From Macrostomum lignano (taxonomy: Eukaryota), in assembly GCA_002269645.1 (NCBI GenBank), contig NIVC01000180.1, positions 372,001-436,000 on the forward strand: a DNA stretch of 64,000 nt. Reading direction: 5' to 3'. Shown one piece after another: positions 34,764-47,661 of this stretch. The number at the start of each line of letters is the position of its first letter. The stretch's first letter is position 1. The position numbers were made by a program, and so were the translations under genes. Under the pieces are notes generated by a model that did no database searches, had not been told where the DNA came from, and saw nothing but the letters and a program-made list of their open reading frames with translations.

Positions 34764-37700
34764 ATGGCGTCGCAGCTCGGCGAACTGCCGCTGGATAAAC
34801 CTGACCGAGCACAGGTTTGGCTGACTGCCTTTCAAGCGCTGGCCAGAGCGAAAGGCTGGTCTGATTCAACCGAAAAAAAAAATGATCGCTGACAACTTTC
34901 TCGCTATCTGTGGACTCACCGCGCTTGAAAAGCTGCAGAGTCTGGTGTCGCCACGCCCACTCACGGAGCTCTCATTCGAGGATATTCAGACGACATTTGT
35001 CACGTATCTGCGCCCCAAAGAGAAACTGATAATCGCTGAGCGCGCGCGATTCTTCAAGACGCAACAACTGCAAGGAGAAAGCATTTCTGATTTCGTCAGT
35101 CGTCTCCGCCAGGCGGCCACTGACTGCAAGTTCGACGACCTCAAGGCATGCAGAAGCCCTTCCGAGGAGCTAATCAGTACGGCACTCATTGCAGGACTGC
35201 GCGATAGCCGGGAGCAGCAGCGCGTACTCGAAGCAATGCAGCTGAAACTGATGTCCGTCTCAGAAATCACGGACTTCATACGCAACCTAGAGCAAGTCGA
35301 TGGCTTCGTCGCCAGGCAGATGGACAAGGCAACCGGCCAATCTAAATCACCATGCACCTACGAAGCCACCCTTCATTACGCTCAATCCGGTCGGCCTGAG
35401 ACATCGCAGCATGCAAGCTCTCGTCGCACAATCAGCGCCTGTCGGTACTGTGGCAAGTCACACCCTGAAGGCAGATGCCCGGCTTTCGGAAAAAGCTGCT
35501 CCAAGTGTGGAAAGAAAAACCACTTCAGTACTGTTTGTAAGTCTCGATCCATGCACTACACGACTACTGGTGAGGAGGATTCAGATTCCGCCCAACAAAA
35601 AACAGACGTACTGCATCTCATCGATGCGCTCAATTCGATTGAAGTATCTATGGAGACTGTGCGCATCAACGATAAGCCCTTCAAAATGCAGATCGACACG
35701 GGAGCATCAGTCTCCGTGCTCTCCAGTGCGCAGTGGGCTCTGCTGGGTAAGCCACCACTCATGCGTTCCAATCGGCGTTTGGAGGCCTTCGACGGGCACG
35801 TCATGAAATCGCTTGGCAAAGTGACTGCAACTGTGGAGCTACGAGGACGCCTTCAACCAGTGGAACTGATTGTAGTCTCTTCGGAAAAGACGTACGGGTT
35901 GCTTGGCCGCGACCTCCTCGAGTCTGACGGTGTCTTCCATGCCAGCGATGTTCAAGCAGAAAAAACTGCCGTCGAACCTCTGCCCTGTATCCGAGGCGTT
36001 AAGGCCCGAATGGAACTGGTGGACGGTGCTAAACCACAATTTTGCCGCGCTCGTGCTGTGCCACTCGCCCTAGAAAGCCAAATCAGCGCAGAACTGGATC
36101 GCCTCCACCAACTTGGTGTCATCGAGCCAACAGAGGGTCCGGTTAGTAACGCTTCACCCGTAGTGTGGGTAAAGAAGAAGGATGGAACTCTCCGCATGTG
36201 CGCGGACTACAGCGTGCACGTCAATTCGAAGATCAAATCAGACTCATATCCCATTCCACACATCGAGACCATGTTCTCCAAGCTAAAGAACGCCAAAACT
36301 TTCGCCACAGTCGATCTACGTTCGGCGTACTGGCAGATCGAGCTTGATGAAGCCGCGAGAGACCTATCGGTAATAAACACGTCCCGCGGGCTCTATCGTG
36401 TCAATCGGCTGCAAATGGGGATGAAGAACGCCTCCTTCATCTTCCAACGCACCATGGAATCCATTCTAGGAGACATCAAAGGACTGCTTATCTACCAAGA
36501 CGACATTCTCATTCACGCGCCAGACAAACCCACGCTGGAGAAGCGCCTCGCTGCTGTGCGAACGCGTCTATCTGAGAAGCGCGTGACTATCAACGAAGCG
36601 AAAAGCATCAGCTATTGCGATTCGGTTTCGTTCTTGGGCTTCCGAATATCCGCGGCTGGTATTCAGCCCGATGATAGCCTAGTGGAGAAAATTCGCCATG
36701 TGTGCCCGCCAGCAAATAAATCAGAGCTCGCTCACTTTCTTGGCTTGGTAAACTTCTTCGGCCGCCTCATCCCAAACTTTGCAGGCAAAACTGCACCGCT
36801 TAATTGACTACGACAAGCAAGCGTTCCGTTCGTGTGGTCGGAGGAGTGTTCCAAAGCGTTCGAGAGCCTAAAGCTGGAAATCGCTTCAGCGCCTGTGGTC
36901 CAGCCTTACAGCTTGACAAAGGAACTGACGCTGACCACTGATGCTTCCAAAGGAGCCCTCGCCGCCGTGGCAACACAAGATGGCCATCCCGTGATATACG
37001 TGTTACGTAGCCTGTCCTCCGCTGAATCCAATTATTCTAACATCGAGCGGGAGGCCTTGGCTATTGTTTGGGCCATCGCACGCTTGAAGCACTACTTCCA
37101 TGGCCGACCATTCACAATACGCACAGACCATCAACCGCTCATCCGACTTTTTGGCTCCGGATCCGGCGTCCCAGTGGATGCCTCAGCCCGAATCGGACGC
37201 TGGGCCTTGTACCTGATGCAGTTTGATTACCGAATTCAGTATGCACGTGGCAGTAGCATTCCACACGTAGATGCCTTATCCAGACTCAGATTCGATGACA
37301 GCTCATCAGACGACAAGGCCACATTCGAGACGATTAATTCAATCGCATTTGAATCACCTGTGATCGACGCTAAACGAATCACAGCGGAGATGGAGTTAGA
37401 CGCGCTCACCCAGAGAATTCTCAATCGCGTCCGCCAAGGCGATTGGCGAAACTGCAGCCAGGCAGAAGCGCAGTTCAAAAAAGTCTCAAACAAACTAACG
37501 CTAGAAAATGGACTACTCACATGCAAAGAAGAGTCTTCATTCCACCAAGACTGCGCAAGGCCGCGTTCGATGCCATTCACGACACGCACACGGGCATGCA
37601 TGCAGCGCACAGTCTAATGTCTACTAGCTGCTGGTGGCCCGGAATGCAACAGAACGTTGCCCAGTTTGTTCGACGCTGTCCAGACTGCTGCAGGCTTCGG

Positions 37701-38537
37701 CCTCAACTCGGCCACGACAGGGATCGCTGGCCTCCATCAACGTATCCGTTCCAGCGCGTATACATGGACTGGGCATACGTAAAAGGCGCTGGAAACATCC
37801 TGGTCATCGTGGATTCCTTTTCCGGCTGGATAGAAGCCTTTCCTTGCCGCGATCGCACAGCTGATTCAGTCATTCAGTGCCTGCGTACCGTATTCACACG
37901 GTTCGGCGTCCCCGAGCTGGTGGTTTCGGACAACGCCCCAGAGTTCACCACTGAAGTGCTCACATCGTGGCTCCGCGCCAATGGTGCCAAGAAGCTCGAG
38001 TCACCCACCTATTACCCGCAGGCGAATGGAGCCGCAGAAAGGGCCGTTCAGACCGTCAAGTCCGCACTAAGGGTCTGGTCTGAAAAAATTACGCACATGG
38101 AGTTTAGCCGCTTCTTGCAAAAGGTCCTCCTGCACCACAGAAACTCAGCCTCTTCGCGGGGCTGCTGCCCAGCCGAAATTATTTTTGGACGGCGACTCAG
38201 AGTCCCGGTGGTGACCAACTTCGAACAGGGTGACAGCGTGATCTATGCGCCAAGCAGCTCCTCAGTCGGCAACCCGGCAAAGTTCGTGATGACGGCAGGT
38301 CAAAACACGGCATGGATCCTCGCTGACGATGGGCTTCGCCTTGCAAGCACGAATCAACTTGCCCCAATGGCCACCCGGCCATGGGAATTCGAGATGGAGG
38401 ACGAAGATGAGACTAACAGCGTGCCAGAAACCGGAAACGAGTCAGTCGCAGGGATTCAGACACCCGTGCCTGAAGAAGCCGTTCAGCTGAGAAGGAGCCT
38501 CAGAAACCGATCCGCTCCTGAGCGCTTTGTGCCCTAA
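34764..38537 (+). pseudogene. gag-pol polyprotein with three lesions
   Basis: Zinc knuckles CRYCGKSH..CSKCGKKNHFSTVC, protease QIDTGAS, RT YQDD, RNase H TTDASK, integrase HHCC and VDSFSGWIEA. Lesions: extra A in the A10 run 34873-34882, TGA at 36805-36807, frameshift near 37520. Confidence 0.9.
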
Positions 38538-38638
38538 ACTGGTATCCGAGGAGGGTTGAAAAAAAACGCGAAACTAATGAAACGACATGAAACGACTTCA
38601 CTGTTCCAATTGACATCTTCTGAATATAGGGAGGGGCA

Positions 38639-38874
38639 TGTGGTGTATCGCACACTGAGATGCACTATAGTTTATATAAGTTCAAGTTCGTTATTCTATG
38701 CCGTTTGTTTGCACTAATCGCCTCTAAGCATTCTATCGCTACAGTTTCTTCTATGGTAATTAACCCAGCGCCCAAAGTTCCTAGAGCTCACCCTTCTGAT
38801 CTCTTTCAAATAAGAAATATAAAGAATCTTAAGCTCATGAGTTAAATACTTCAGCCGGAGTTCAATTCACAACA
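38639..38874 (+). repeat. 3' LTR (236 bp)
   Basis: See 5' LTR. Confidence 0.97.
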
Positions 38875-41800
38875 TTATTTTTATTAGATTGTAGAGGCAG
38901 GGGGTTGTGTGCACCCTGGCGCACTTCAAGCGTCATAGGCACACAACCGGCGAGAGGCATTTACTGCCCATTCCGCCGACTCCCCTGAGCAGGCATACCA
39001 AGCGCGCGGATACGTACGCAGACACACACTCACACAGGAGTGTACAGCGGCCCTAACTTTATTTTATCGTTAGGCGTGTACACTTTACTGCTCCTTGGGG
39101 GGTTGGCTCTCAAGGCCGTTAATTGCACGAGCAGAGCTAAGCCGAGCTAGATTCCAATTCAACCCCAAATTAATGTGACTGCACTTGGAATTGAGCCTGG
39201 GTCGCTGGCACACCAGAGCCTGCGCTAGACCCCTGGGCTACGGCGCCCCTGCCAGGCCTTTTAATATCCGGTTAAAGTGTGGAGTTTCGAAGCTGGAGCG
39301 CAGGAATTTAAAACAAGGATTGCGCGCCAGAGGAAATCGTAATTGCATTGACCGTGCTCGTCGAACATGCTTAATCTGATTCTCATCGGCATAGTACCTG
39401 CTTTCGAGCTATTATATCAAAAGCAGAATAACAGGTATAGCAAAATTCTGATGCAGTACTATCAGTGTAAAGGCGTAATTCCTGCCTTGAGAAAATTCAC
39501 CAATGCTCTCAGCTTATTCGTAGTAAACGAACGAGTCATTTTACACATTTAATTGCGCGTTTTTAAAACTTCTGTTTACATGAACTAAGCTTCATAAACA
39601 AAAAAATTTAAACAAAAAATTCCTAACAACCCTCCTAAAACTGAAATGCGAAATTACACCCAACATTTTCTCCCATGAAGCATGTAGACTGTGTGGAGCG
39701 AGAAATGGTTCCGACATCCTACACTACTTGACCGAATGTCCGCAAACTGAAAAGATCAGAAAAAAATACTTCTGTCAGTACCTCTTAAATGACAAGCAAG
39801 TACACAAGTTAGGATATGCTACAAATGAAAAAAGAGTCAGAAAAGAGCTCACTGGTGTAGCTAAAATATATGAAGTCATGAATAGCTAAAACATGCAGTT
39901 ATGCAAACTGAAACAGACATATCAGCAGTGTAATAAATCCGCTTTTCTTTTGTTTATTCATTTACTGTCTTTTTAATTTCCTATTTAATTAGCATTTAAT
40001 TAGTATTTAATTAGTTTCCTATCTAATACCTATTTAAATCGTCGTTATTCGTTTAACGTAAAGTTCTTTCGAAGTTCGTTTTTGTTCATTTTTCGTTCGT
40101 TTTTCACGCTCTTTCAAATTTTATATTGTATTCAATTTTGTTGTCATCTAATTAATATCTATATAAATTTACTTTTATAACGTAAGGACTAAGCTGCTTC
40201 GTGCAATACCACCAACTACATACATAAATTTCACGCAATACTTTTTTAACTCCTTGCTTTTTCTTTCGCTTCGTTAGTCGTCCAAGTATCGTTAATAACA
40301 TTTCCGCGTTCTTTTAAAATACCATATTGCAAAACTCGTACTAATCATAATTAAATAACTAGTGCTAAAATATTGTCTCCTATTCCTGAAGTAATCTTAA
40401 ATACACTATACACAGAAATATATTGGCCAAACAGGCTTCTTGCCTGAGCCAACTTACTACTACTACTACTACTACTAAGCTAGGCCGCCTACGAGTTATA
40501 AAAGTAGCAAAAATAATAATATGCCTATCCGTTAGGCCTATCATATCATTTAACCTTGTAACTAACTAGAATGAAATCTTGTAGCTAACTAGAGTGAATC
40601 TAGATTTCGCTGAGGGCTTAGGGCTTAATGCTGTACTTAAGGGCTGTTACTTATTTAGTGTGGCTGAAATCAGGACACTACACCAGAGCCCCCAGACCAG
40701 CCAGACATAGTAAGGCCTATGATTGATCTTTGGTGTACTGGATGAAACCTAAAAATTTACTAATTCCAATATGGCTTTTTGGCATCTTGAAGAGTCTATC
40801 AATCATTCATTGCCTTTTTTAACTAGGCCTAATTTTCTCAAGTTAAGATTTAATCTCAGTCACTAAATGTAATCTATGCTTTCTATGAATTTAGATAGAC
40901 CACAGATGAAAATAGAATAAATAAATTTAAACTGAGGTCGAGTATTCAAGAATACCAAAGGCTGTGACCTTTTAATCTTGGAAATGCCCAACAATACTGG
41001 AACTGATAGTGATATGCATGCAATGCAGATCAGGTACAATATATTGAAAAAATAATATATAGGCCTATTACCACTCAAGTTTATGTTATGTAGACTGCCA
41101 CTAGTAAGAACAATAAGTAAGAACTACTTAGATATATGCTAAGACAAATACCTAGATATAGGGCCTATACTTAAGACTTATATATTTTTATTATTTTATT
41201 ATCAAGGTTTTGCTTTTGCACAATTTTTGCACAAACTGCTTAGACGTATGCCAAGAAGCAACAGCCTTCAACTTTAAAGCACGCCAAGGCCAAAAATTTA
41301 GCCCTAAAAGTGCACCAAGCTGCTCCACATTGCGCTGCATAGATATTTTCTTGTTGCGTTGCACCATACACGTAATCTCCTGCGCCACGCTGCGCCATCG
41401 CGCTATGCGCGCAACCTATTCTAAGGAATCTAAGTATTATTCTAAGCATTGGTTATCCCTTTTATTGGTAGTGTTTCTACTCTATACTAATAGCATTCTC
41501 ATTTCTCAATGTCATTCTTCTAGCATTATGTGCAAATTTGAACTGAGCAATATATTATTATTATTACTACTGGTATGTACATTGCAATGTTGCATGTATA
41601 TTCTTTCTAGTCCTAGGCATTACTGAGATCAGAGGGTCATTGCCCTTATATGTTTTGAGATATACTTTGTATTTCTCCTTCCGATGTTCTTCTTCTCAGT
41701 AGTATATACTGTATGCACTCCCTCCTATTTCATTTCATTATAAAATGAATTAGCTTGAAAAATCACTTCTTGAAAAGGATCTCTTTGGAAGTCATTAACA

Positions 41801-42409
41801 ATTTCTTAATTAACTAGTAAAGGATAAAGGCTGATTCAAAGCTCAAATGAGCCATGCTTCTCATTGCCCAAAATTGCTTCTATTTATACTAGTTTTCTTG
41901 ACTATTTAAAGCAAAAATTAAATTGGGAAAATATTTTGAAAAATTTGTACAGTATAACAAAATGTTGTTCTTAGTAATTGTATAGATTTAAAATGCATAA
42001 AAAGTTAGATTTTTGCATACAAATAATGAATAAAAAGAGGCCTTCCACAATTTATACTTGGATAAATACTCAAGTATATTCTAAGAATTATGCTCAGAGG
42101 TTGATTATCCTATTATAACAAGTTTGGTAGCAGCTCTAGAATATTGTTAAGAGGGCAGTAAAATCCCCTATCACCACTTTTTGGCAATAGTATGATTATT
42201 TTAAGATAGAACCATTATCCATAACACAACATTGGTGGCATCATTTCAATATTTTTATAGGTAGAACAATAGCCTTTTGACATAAATTTAAGGTAAATTC
42301 TATGCAAAAAATAATACATTGGCATTACTATACACTTAGATCTATACAAAAAGAAAAATTAAAAATATATATTTATAGCAAGTTTTTAAAATTATACTTT
42401 TGAATTGCT

Positions 42410-42682
42410 TTTCTTTATTAATATTAAAAATTCTAAGTTCTATAGAGATAAGACTTTTGAAATGTTTTTCTTTATTAATATTAAAAATTCTAAGTTCTAT
42501 AGAGATAAGACTTTTGAAATGTTTTTCTTTATTAATATTAAAAATTCTAAGTTCTATAGAGATAAGACTTTTGAAATGTTTTTCTTTATTAATATTAAAA
42601 ATTCTAAGTTCTATAGAGATAAGACTTTTGAAATGTTTTTCTTTATTAATATTAAAAATTCTAAGTTCTATAGAGATAAGAC
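42410..42682. repeat. 57-bp AT-rich tandem repeat, ~4.8 copies
   Basis: Unit TTTTCTTTATTAATATTAAAAATTCTAAGTTCTATAGAGATAAGACTTTTGAAATGT. Confidence 0.9.
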
Positions 42683-43116
42683 AGAATACCTAATCCTAAC
42701 TATAAAATAATTGGGATATTATTTAGCATAATTGGGATGCAAGTCTTGCCTAATCTATCTAACCTAATTATTTAACCTCTAACCTAACCTAACTTATCTA
42801 ACCTAAACTATATATGCTTAATATAGTAGATAGACCATTGAATCCTAATTATATTCCTATAATCTAAAAATCTTAGGACCTTAGAGAAATTAAAATCTAA
42901 CAGCTAGAAACAATATGACCTTATTGTTAATCATATTTTATTTATATCTGTATGATATGTACCTCTATTTTAGAGTTATTGATAAAATGTTAAAATCTAT
43001 CTTCTTTATCCTAAATTTAATGTATTTCTTAGTCAATGGATTTGTGCTTAATGGGAATATTCAAAATGTAATTTTGTATCTCATTCTGAACTCCTGAGCC
43101 ATCCAGTGGGGGCAGC

Positions 43117-44760
43117 ATGGCCAGCAGACCTCCCAACTGTGACGAGAACATCAAAACTTACAAGCTAGTAGTAGTTGGCAATGGCGGTGTTGGCAAGAGT
43201 GCACTCACCATTCAGTTCTTCCAGAAGATGTTTGTGCAGGACTATGACCCAACCATTGAGGACTCCTACATCCAGTACAAGATGATTGGCAGCGACTGGT
43301 ACTTGCTGGATGTCCTGGATACAGCGGGTAGGTCTGCTGTCTTGCTGCTTGTGAGGATCCCTACTGGTCTCGTTCCACCCCAAATCCCATCCCTACCAGC
43401 CTCTTCCCACCCCAAATCCCATGCCTACCAGCCTCTTCCCACCCCAAATCCCATCCCTACCAGCCTCTTCCCACCCCAAATCCCATCCCTACCTGCCTCT
43501 TCCCATCCTAAATTCAATCCCTACCTCCCTCTTCCCATCCTAAATCAAATCCCATCTGCCTCTTCCCATTCCCGTCTTTTATTAATCCATCTAATCATAA
43601 CGCTACTGAGCTATCCTTAAATTTGCTCAAATCCCAACTTTCCCCAGTCTCAACTCTCCAGCCCGTCCCCTATCCGCAGGCCAGGAGGAGTTCTCTGCCA
43701 TGCGCGAGCAGTACATGCGCAAGGGTGACGGCTTCCTGCTGGTGTACTCCGTCACCGATTGTAAGAGCTTCGACGATATGCGCCATTTTCACACGCAAAT
43801 CCTGCGCGTGAAGGACAAGGAGCACTACCCCATGATTCTGGTGGCCAACAAGGTTGACCTGGTGCACTCCAGGCGGGTCTGCGAGGAGGAGGGCAAACAG
43901 CTGGCCAGTCAGCTCAAGGTACCGGCTGCTGATGGACTGGGGTGTCTGCTGATGGACTTGGGTGTCTGCTAATGGACTGGGGTGTCTGCTGATGGACTGG
44001 GGTGTCTGCTGATGGACTGGGGTGTCTGCTGATGGACTGGTGTGTCTGCTAATGGACTGGGGTGTCTGCTGATGGACTGGGGTGTCTGCTGATGGACTGG
44101 GGTGTCTGCTGATGGACTGGGGTGTCTGCTGATGGACTGGGGTGTCTGCTGGTGGACTGGGGTGTCTGCTGATGGACTGGGGTGTCTGCTGGGGGACTGG
44201 GGTGTCTGCTGATGGACTGGGGTGTCTGCTGATGGACTTGGGTGTCTGCTAATGGACTGGGGTGTCTGCTGGGGGACTGGGGTGTCTGCTGATGGACTGG
44301 GGTGTCTGCTGATGGACTGGGGTGTCTGCTGATGGACTGGGGTGTCTGCTGATGGACTGGGGTATCTGCTGATGGACTGGGGTGTCTGCGGTGTCTGCTA
44401 ATGGACTGGGGTGTCTGCTGATGGACTGGGGTGTCTGCTGATGGACTGGGGTGTCTGCTGATGGACTGGGGTGTCTGCTGGGGGACTGGGGTGTCTGCTG
44501 TTCGACTGGGTGTCTGCTGATGAGCCAGGGAATGCAGGTTGTTAGTTCATTTCATAGGGTTGGCTGTGTGGGCACTCAGTTATCATCGTACTAGCCGCAA
44601 TGCCAATTGCCCGCAGATCCAGTACATCGAGACCAGCGCCAAAGACCCGCCATTCAACGTAGACGAGGCCTTCCACTCTGTGGTGCAGGCCATCCGCATG
44701 CAGCCGCCCGAGGCGCCGCCGCCTCCGCCAAGGCGCAAACGAAAATGCCGAGTCATGTGA
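43117..44760 (+). CDS. MRAS: M-Ras / R-Ras3 small GTPase, 197 aa; exons 43117-43327, 43680-43918, 44617-44760
   Basis: [71 protein letters not shown] (MRAS-type), CAAX CRVM; 594 nt, phases 1,0. Confidence 0.92.
43370..43560. repeat. Imperfect ~32-bp C-rich repeat in MRAS intron 1
   Basis: CCAAATCCCATCCCTACCAGCCTCTTCCCACC variants. Confidence 0.8.
43925..44520. repeat. 20-bp minisatellite (GGACTGGGGTGTCTGCTGAT) in MRAS intron 2
   Basis: Direct reading. Confidence 0.95.
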
Positions 44761-44789
44761 TCCTCGCCTGCGCGTCCCTACAGTTTTAT

Positions 44790-45440
44790 TGTCCGCCCCT
44801 TACTAGTCCTTTCCGCCCCCTTACCAGTCCTTTCCGTCCCCTTACTAGTCCTTTCCGCCCCCTTACCAGTCCTTTCCGCCCCCTTACCAGTCCTTTCCGC
44901 CCCCTTACCAGTCCTTTCCGCCCCCTTACCAGTCCTTTCCGCCCCCCTTACTAGTCCTTTCCGCCCCCTTACCAGTCCTTTCCGCCCCCTTACCAGTCCT
45001 TTCCGTCCCCTTACTAGTCCTTTCCGCCCCCTTACCAGTCCTTTCCGCCCCCTTACTAGTCCTTTCCGCCCCCTTACCAGTCCTTTCCGCCCCCTTACCA
45101 GTCCTTTCCGTCCCCTTACTAGTCCTTTCCGCCCCCTTACCAGTCCTTTCCGCCCCCTTACTAGTCCTTTCCGCCCCCTTACCAGTCCTTTCCGCCCCCC
45201 TTACCAGTCCTTTCCGCCCCCTTACCAGTCCTTTCCGTCCCCCCTTACCAGTCCTTTCCGCCCCCCCTTACCAGTCCTTTCCGCCCCCTTACCAGTCCTT
45301 TCCGCCCCCTTACCAGTCCTTTCCGCCCCCTTACCAGTCCTTTCCGCCCCCTTACTGTCCTTTCCGCCCCTTAATTTTCCCTTCCGCTCCTTACTAATCT
45401 TTTCCGCCCCTTACTATTCCTTTCCACCCCTTACTAATCC
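44790..45440. repeat. 21-bp minisatellite (TCCTTTCCGCCCCCTTACCAG) just after MRAS stop
   Basis: Direct reading. Confidence 0.95.
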
Positions 45441-46229
45441 CTTCCGCCCCCACGCTAAATAACTCTTGGGCCCCTTCTGTCTATTGCAGTCCAATTTCAG
45501 TGGGACCATATCTTCATGTTAACATTTTTCTGCAATAGAAATCTACCTCTGATTTCCCAGACACCATTTTGAGCACTGCTCTGCCGCGCACAGTGTTTCA
45601 CTATTGCCAGTAAATTGTCATCTCCTTTCTCTTCTTTTTTCTCTGAAGCCGGAGCCGCTGTCGCCTGCATTCCAAGACATCGCTAAGTTGGAGCTGCGGC
45701 AATCTCAATGGACAATGAATTCCTGTCTGCTTGCTCCATTTTTTATCTACAGATGTTCCACTACCGGAGTCTCAATAGCATATCCACCAGTGCTTGCGCT
45801 GCAATGCAACGCAGTTTTGTGATTTTTCCCTCGTTTCTTTTTGTCCTAACTTTTGAAGGTCAACTGTGAGTATTTGTGCAGCTTGTAAATCTCTCATAGC
45901 TTTGTTTTGATTTGTCCTGTGATCCGCCTGCTGTTTCTGACCAAGTTTTTGAACAGCATGTGGTTTTTTCTCTCTGTAATCTCTTGTTCTAACTTTTACA
46001 GTTTCCATAGGCCTGTTGAGCTACATGTACTACTAGAGCGTATTCATGTATTTATTTGTCACTAATGCTTAGATTTTCTTACAATCATTGTGCTTTTATT
46101 TCACTGTTGTCAAGGTTGCAATCGTGTTTTAGTGCAATGCATGTAACTTTACAATATAATCTTATTATCTGGTTTCATTATTATCGCTTTATTTTATTTA
46201 TTGACTTGCATTCCCTGTATGAAATCCCA

Positions 46230-47620
46230 ATTCCCTCAGATGAACTCCCATATCCCTCAGATGAAATCCCATATCCCTCAGCTAAACTCCCATATCCCTC
46301 AGCTGAACTCCCATATCCCTCAGCTGAACTCCCATATCCCTCAGCTGAACTCCCATATCCCTCAGCTGAAATCCCATATCCCTCAGCTGAAATCCCATAT
46401 CCCTCAGCTAAACTCCCATATCCCTCAGCTAAACTCCCATATCCCTCAGCTAAACTCCCATATCCCTCAGCTGAAATCCCATATCCCTCAGCTGAACTCC
46501 CATATCCCTCAGCTAAACTCCCATATCCCTCAGCTAAACTCCCATATCCCTCAGCTAAACTCCCATATCCCTCAGCTGAACTCCCATATCCCTCAGCTGA
46601 ACTCCCATATCCCTCAGCTGAACTCCCATATCCCTCAGCTGAACTCCCATATCCCTCAGCTGAACTCCCATATCCCTCAGCTGAAATCCCATATCCCTCA
46701 GCTGAACTCCCGTATCCCTCAGCTGAAATCCCATATCCCTCAGCTGAACTCCCGTATCCCTCAGCTGAAATCCCTCAGCTGAACTCCCGTATCCCTCAGC
46801 TGAAATCCCTCAGCTGAACTCCCATATCCCTCAGCTGAACTCCCATATCCCTCAGCTGAACTCCCATATCCCTCAGCTGAAATCCCATATCCCTCAGCTG
46901 AAATCCCATATCCCTCAGCTGAAATCCCATATCCCTCAGCTGAAATCCCATATCCCTCAGCTAAACTCCCATATCCCTCAGCTGAAATCCCATATCCCTC
47001 AGCTGAAATCCCATATCCCTCAGCTGAACTCCCATATCCCTCAGCTGAACTCCCATATCCCTCAGCTGAAATCCCATATCCCTCAGCTGAACTCCCGTAT
47101 CCCTCAGCTGAAATCCCTCAGCTGAACTCCCGTATCCCTCAGCTGAAATCCCTCAGCTGAACTCCCATATCCCTCAGCTGAACTCCCATATCCCTCAGCT
47201 GAACTCCCATATCCCTTAGCTGAACTCCCATATCCCTCAGCTGAACTCCCATATCCCTCAGCTAAACTCCCATATCCCTCAGCTAAACTCCCATATCCCT
47301 CAGCTGAACTCCCATATCCCTCAGCTGAACTCCCATATCCCTCAGCTGAAATCCCTCAGCTGAACTCCCATATCCCTCAGCTGAACTCCCATATCCCTCA
47401 GCTGAAATCCCATATCCCTCAGCTGAACTCCCATATCCCTCAGCTGAACTCCCATATCCCTCAGCTGAACTCACATATCCCTCAGCTGAACTCCCATATC
47501 CCTCAGCTGAACTCCCATATCCCTCAGCTGAACTCCCATATCCCTCAGCTGAAATCCCATATCCCTCAGCTGCTCCAATATCCCTCAGCTGAAATCCCAT
47601 ATCCCTCAGCTGAACTCCCA
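46230..47620. repeat. 21-bp minisatellite (CCCATATCCCTCAGCTGAACT), ~65 copies
   Basis: Direct reading; the ELPYPSA ORFs are artefacts. Confidence 0.95.
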
Positions 47621-47661
47621 AATCCCTTGACTCAAATTAGAAATCGACCATTGAATTCCAG

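Larger units (their letters stand above)
34530..38874 (+). mobile_element. Full-length Ty3/Gypsy LTR retrotransposon (4345 bp, Mag-like organisation)
   Basis: TG..CA LTRs, TTATT target duplication (34525-34529 / 38875-38879), PBS-like TGGCGTCGCAG at 34765, PPT AGGGAGGGG at 38628, domain order gag-PR-RT-RH-IN. Confidence 0.97.

Noticed and set aside
43153-43182. MRAS P-loop [10 protein letters not shown] as an activating variant
   Set aside because: The Asn is at the variable position 11 equivalent; the Gly12/Gly13 equivalents and Gln61 are intact.
46056-46817. ELPYPSA / HIPQLNS repeat proteins
   Set aside because: 21-bp minisatellite is open in several frames by construction.
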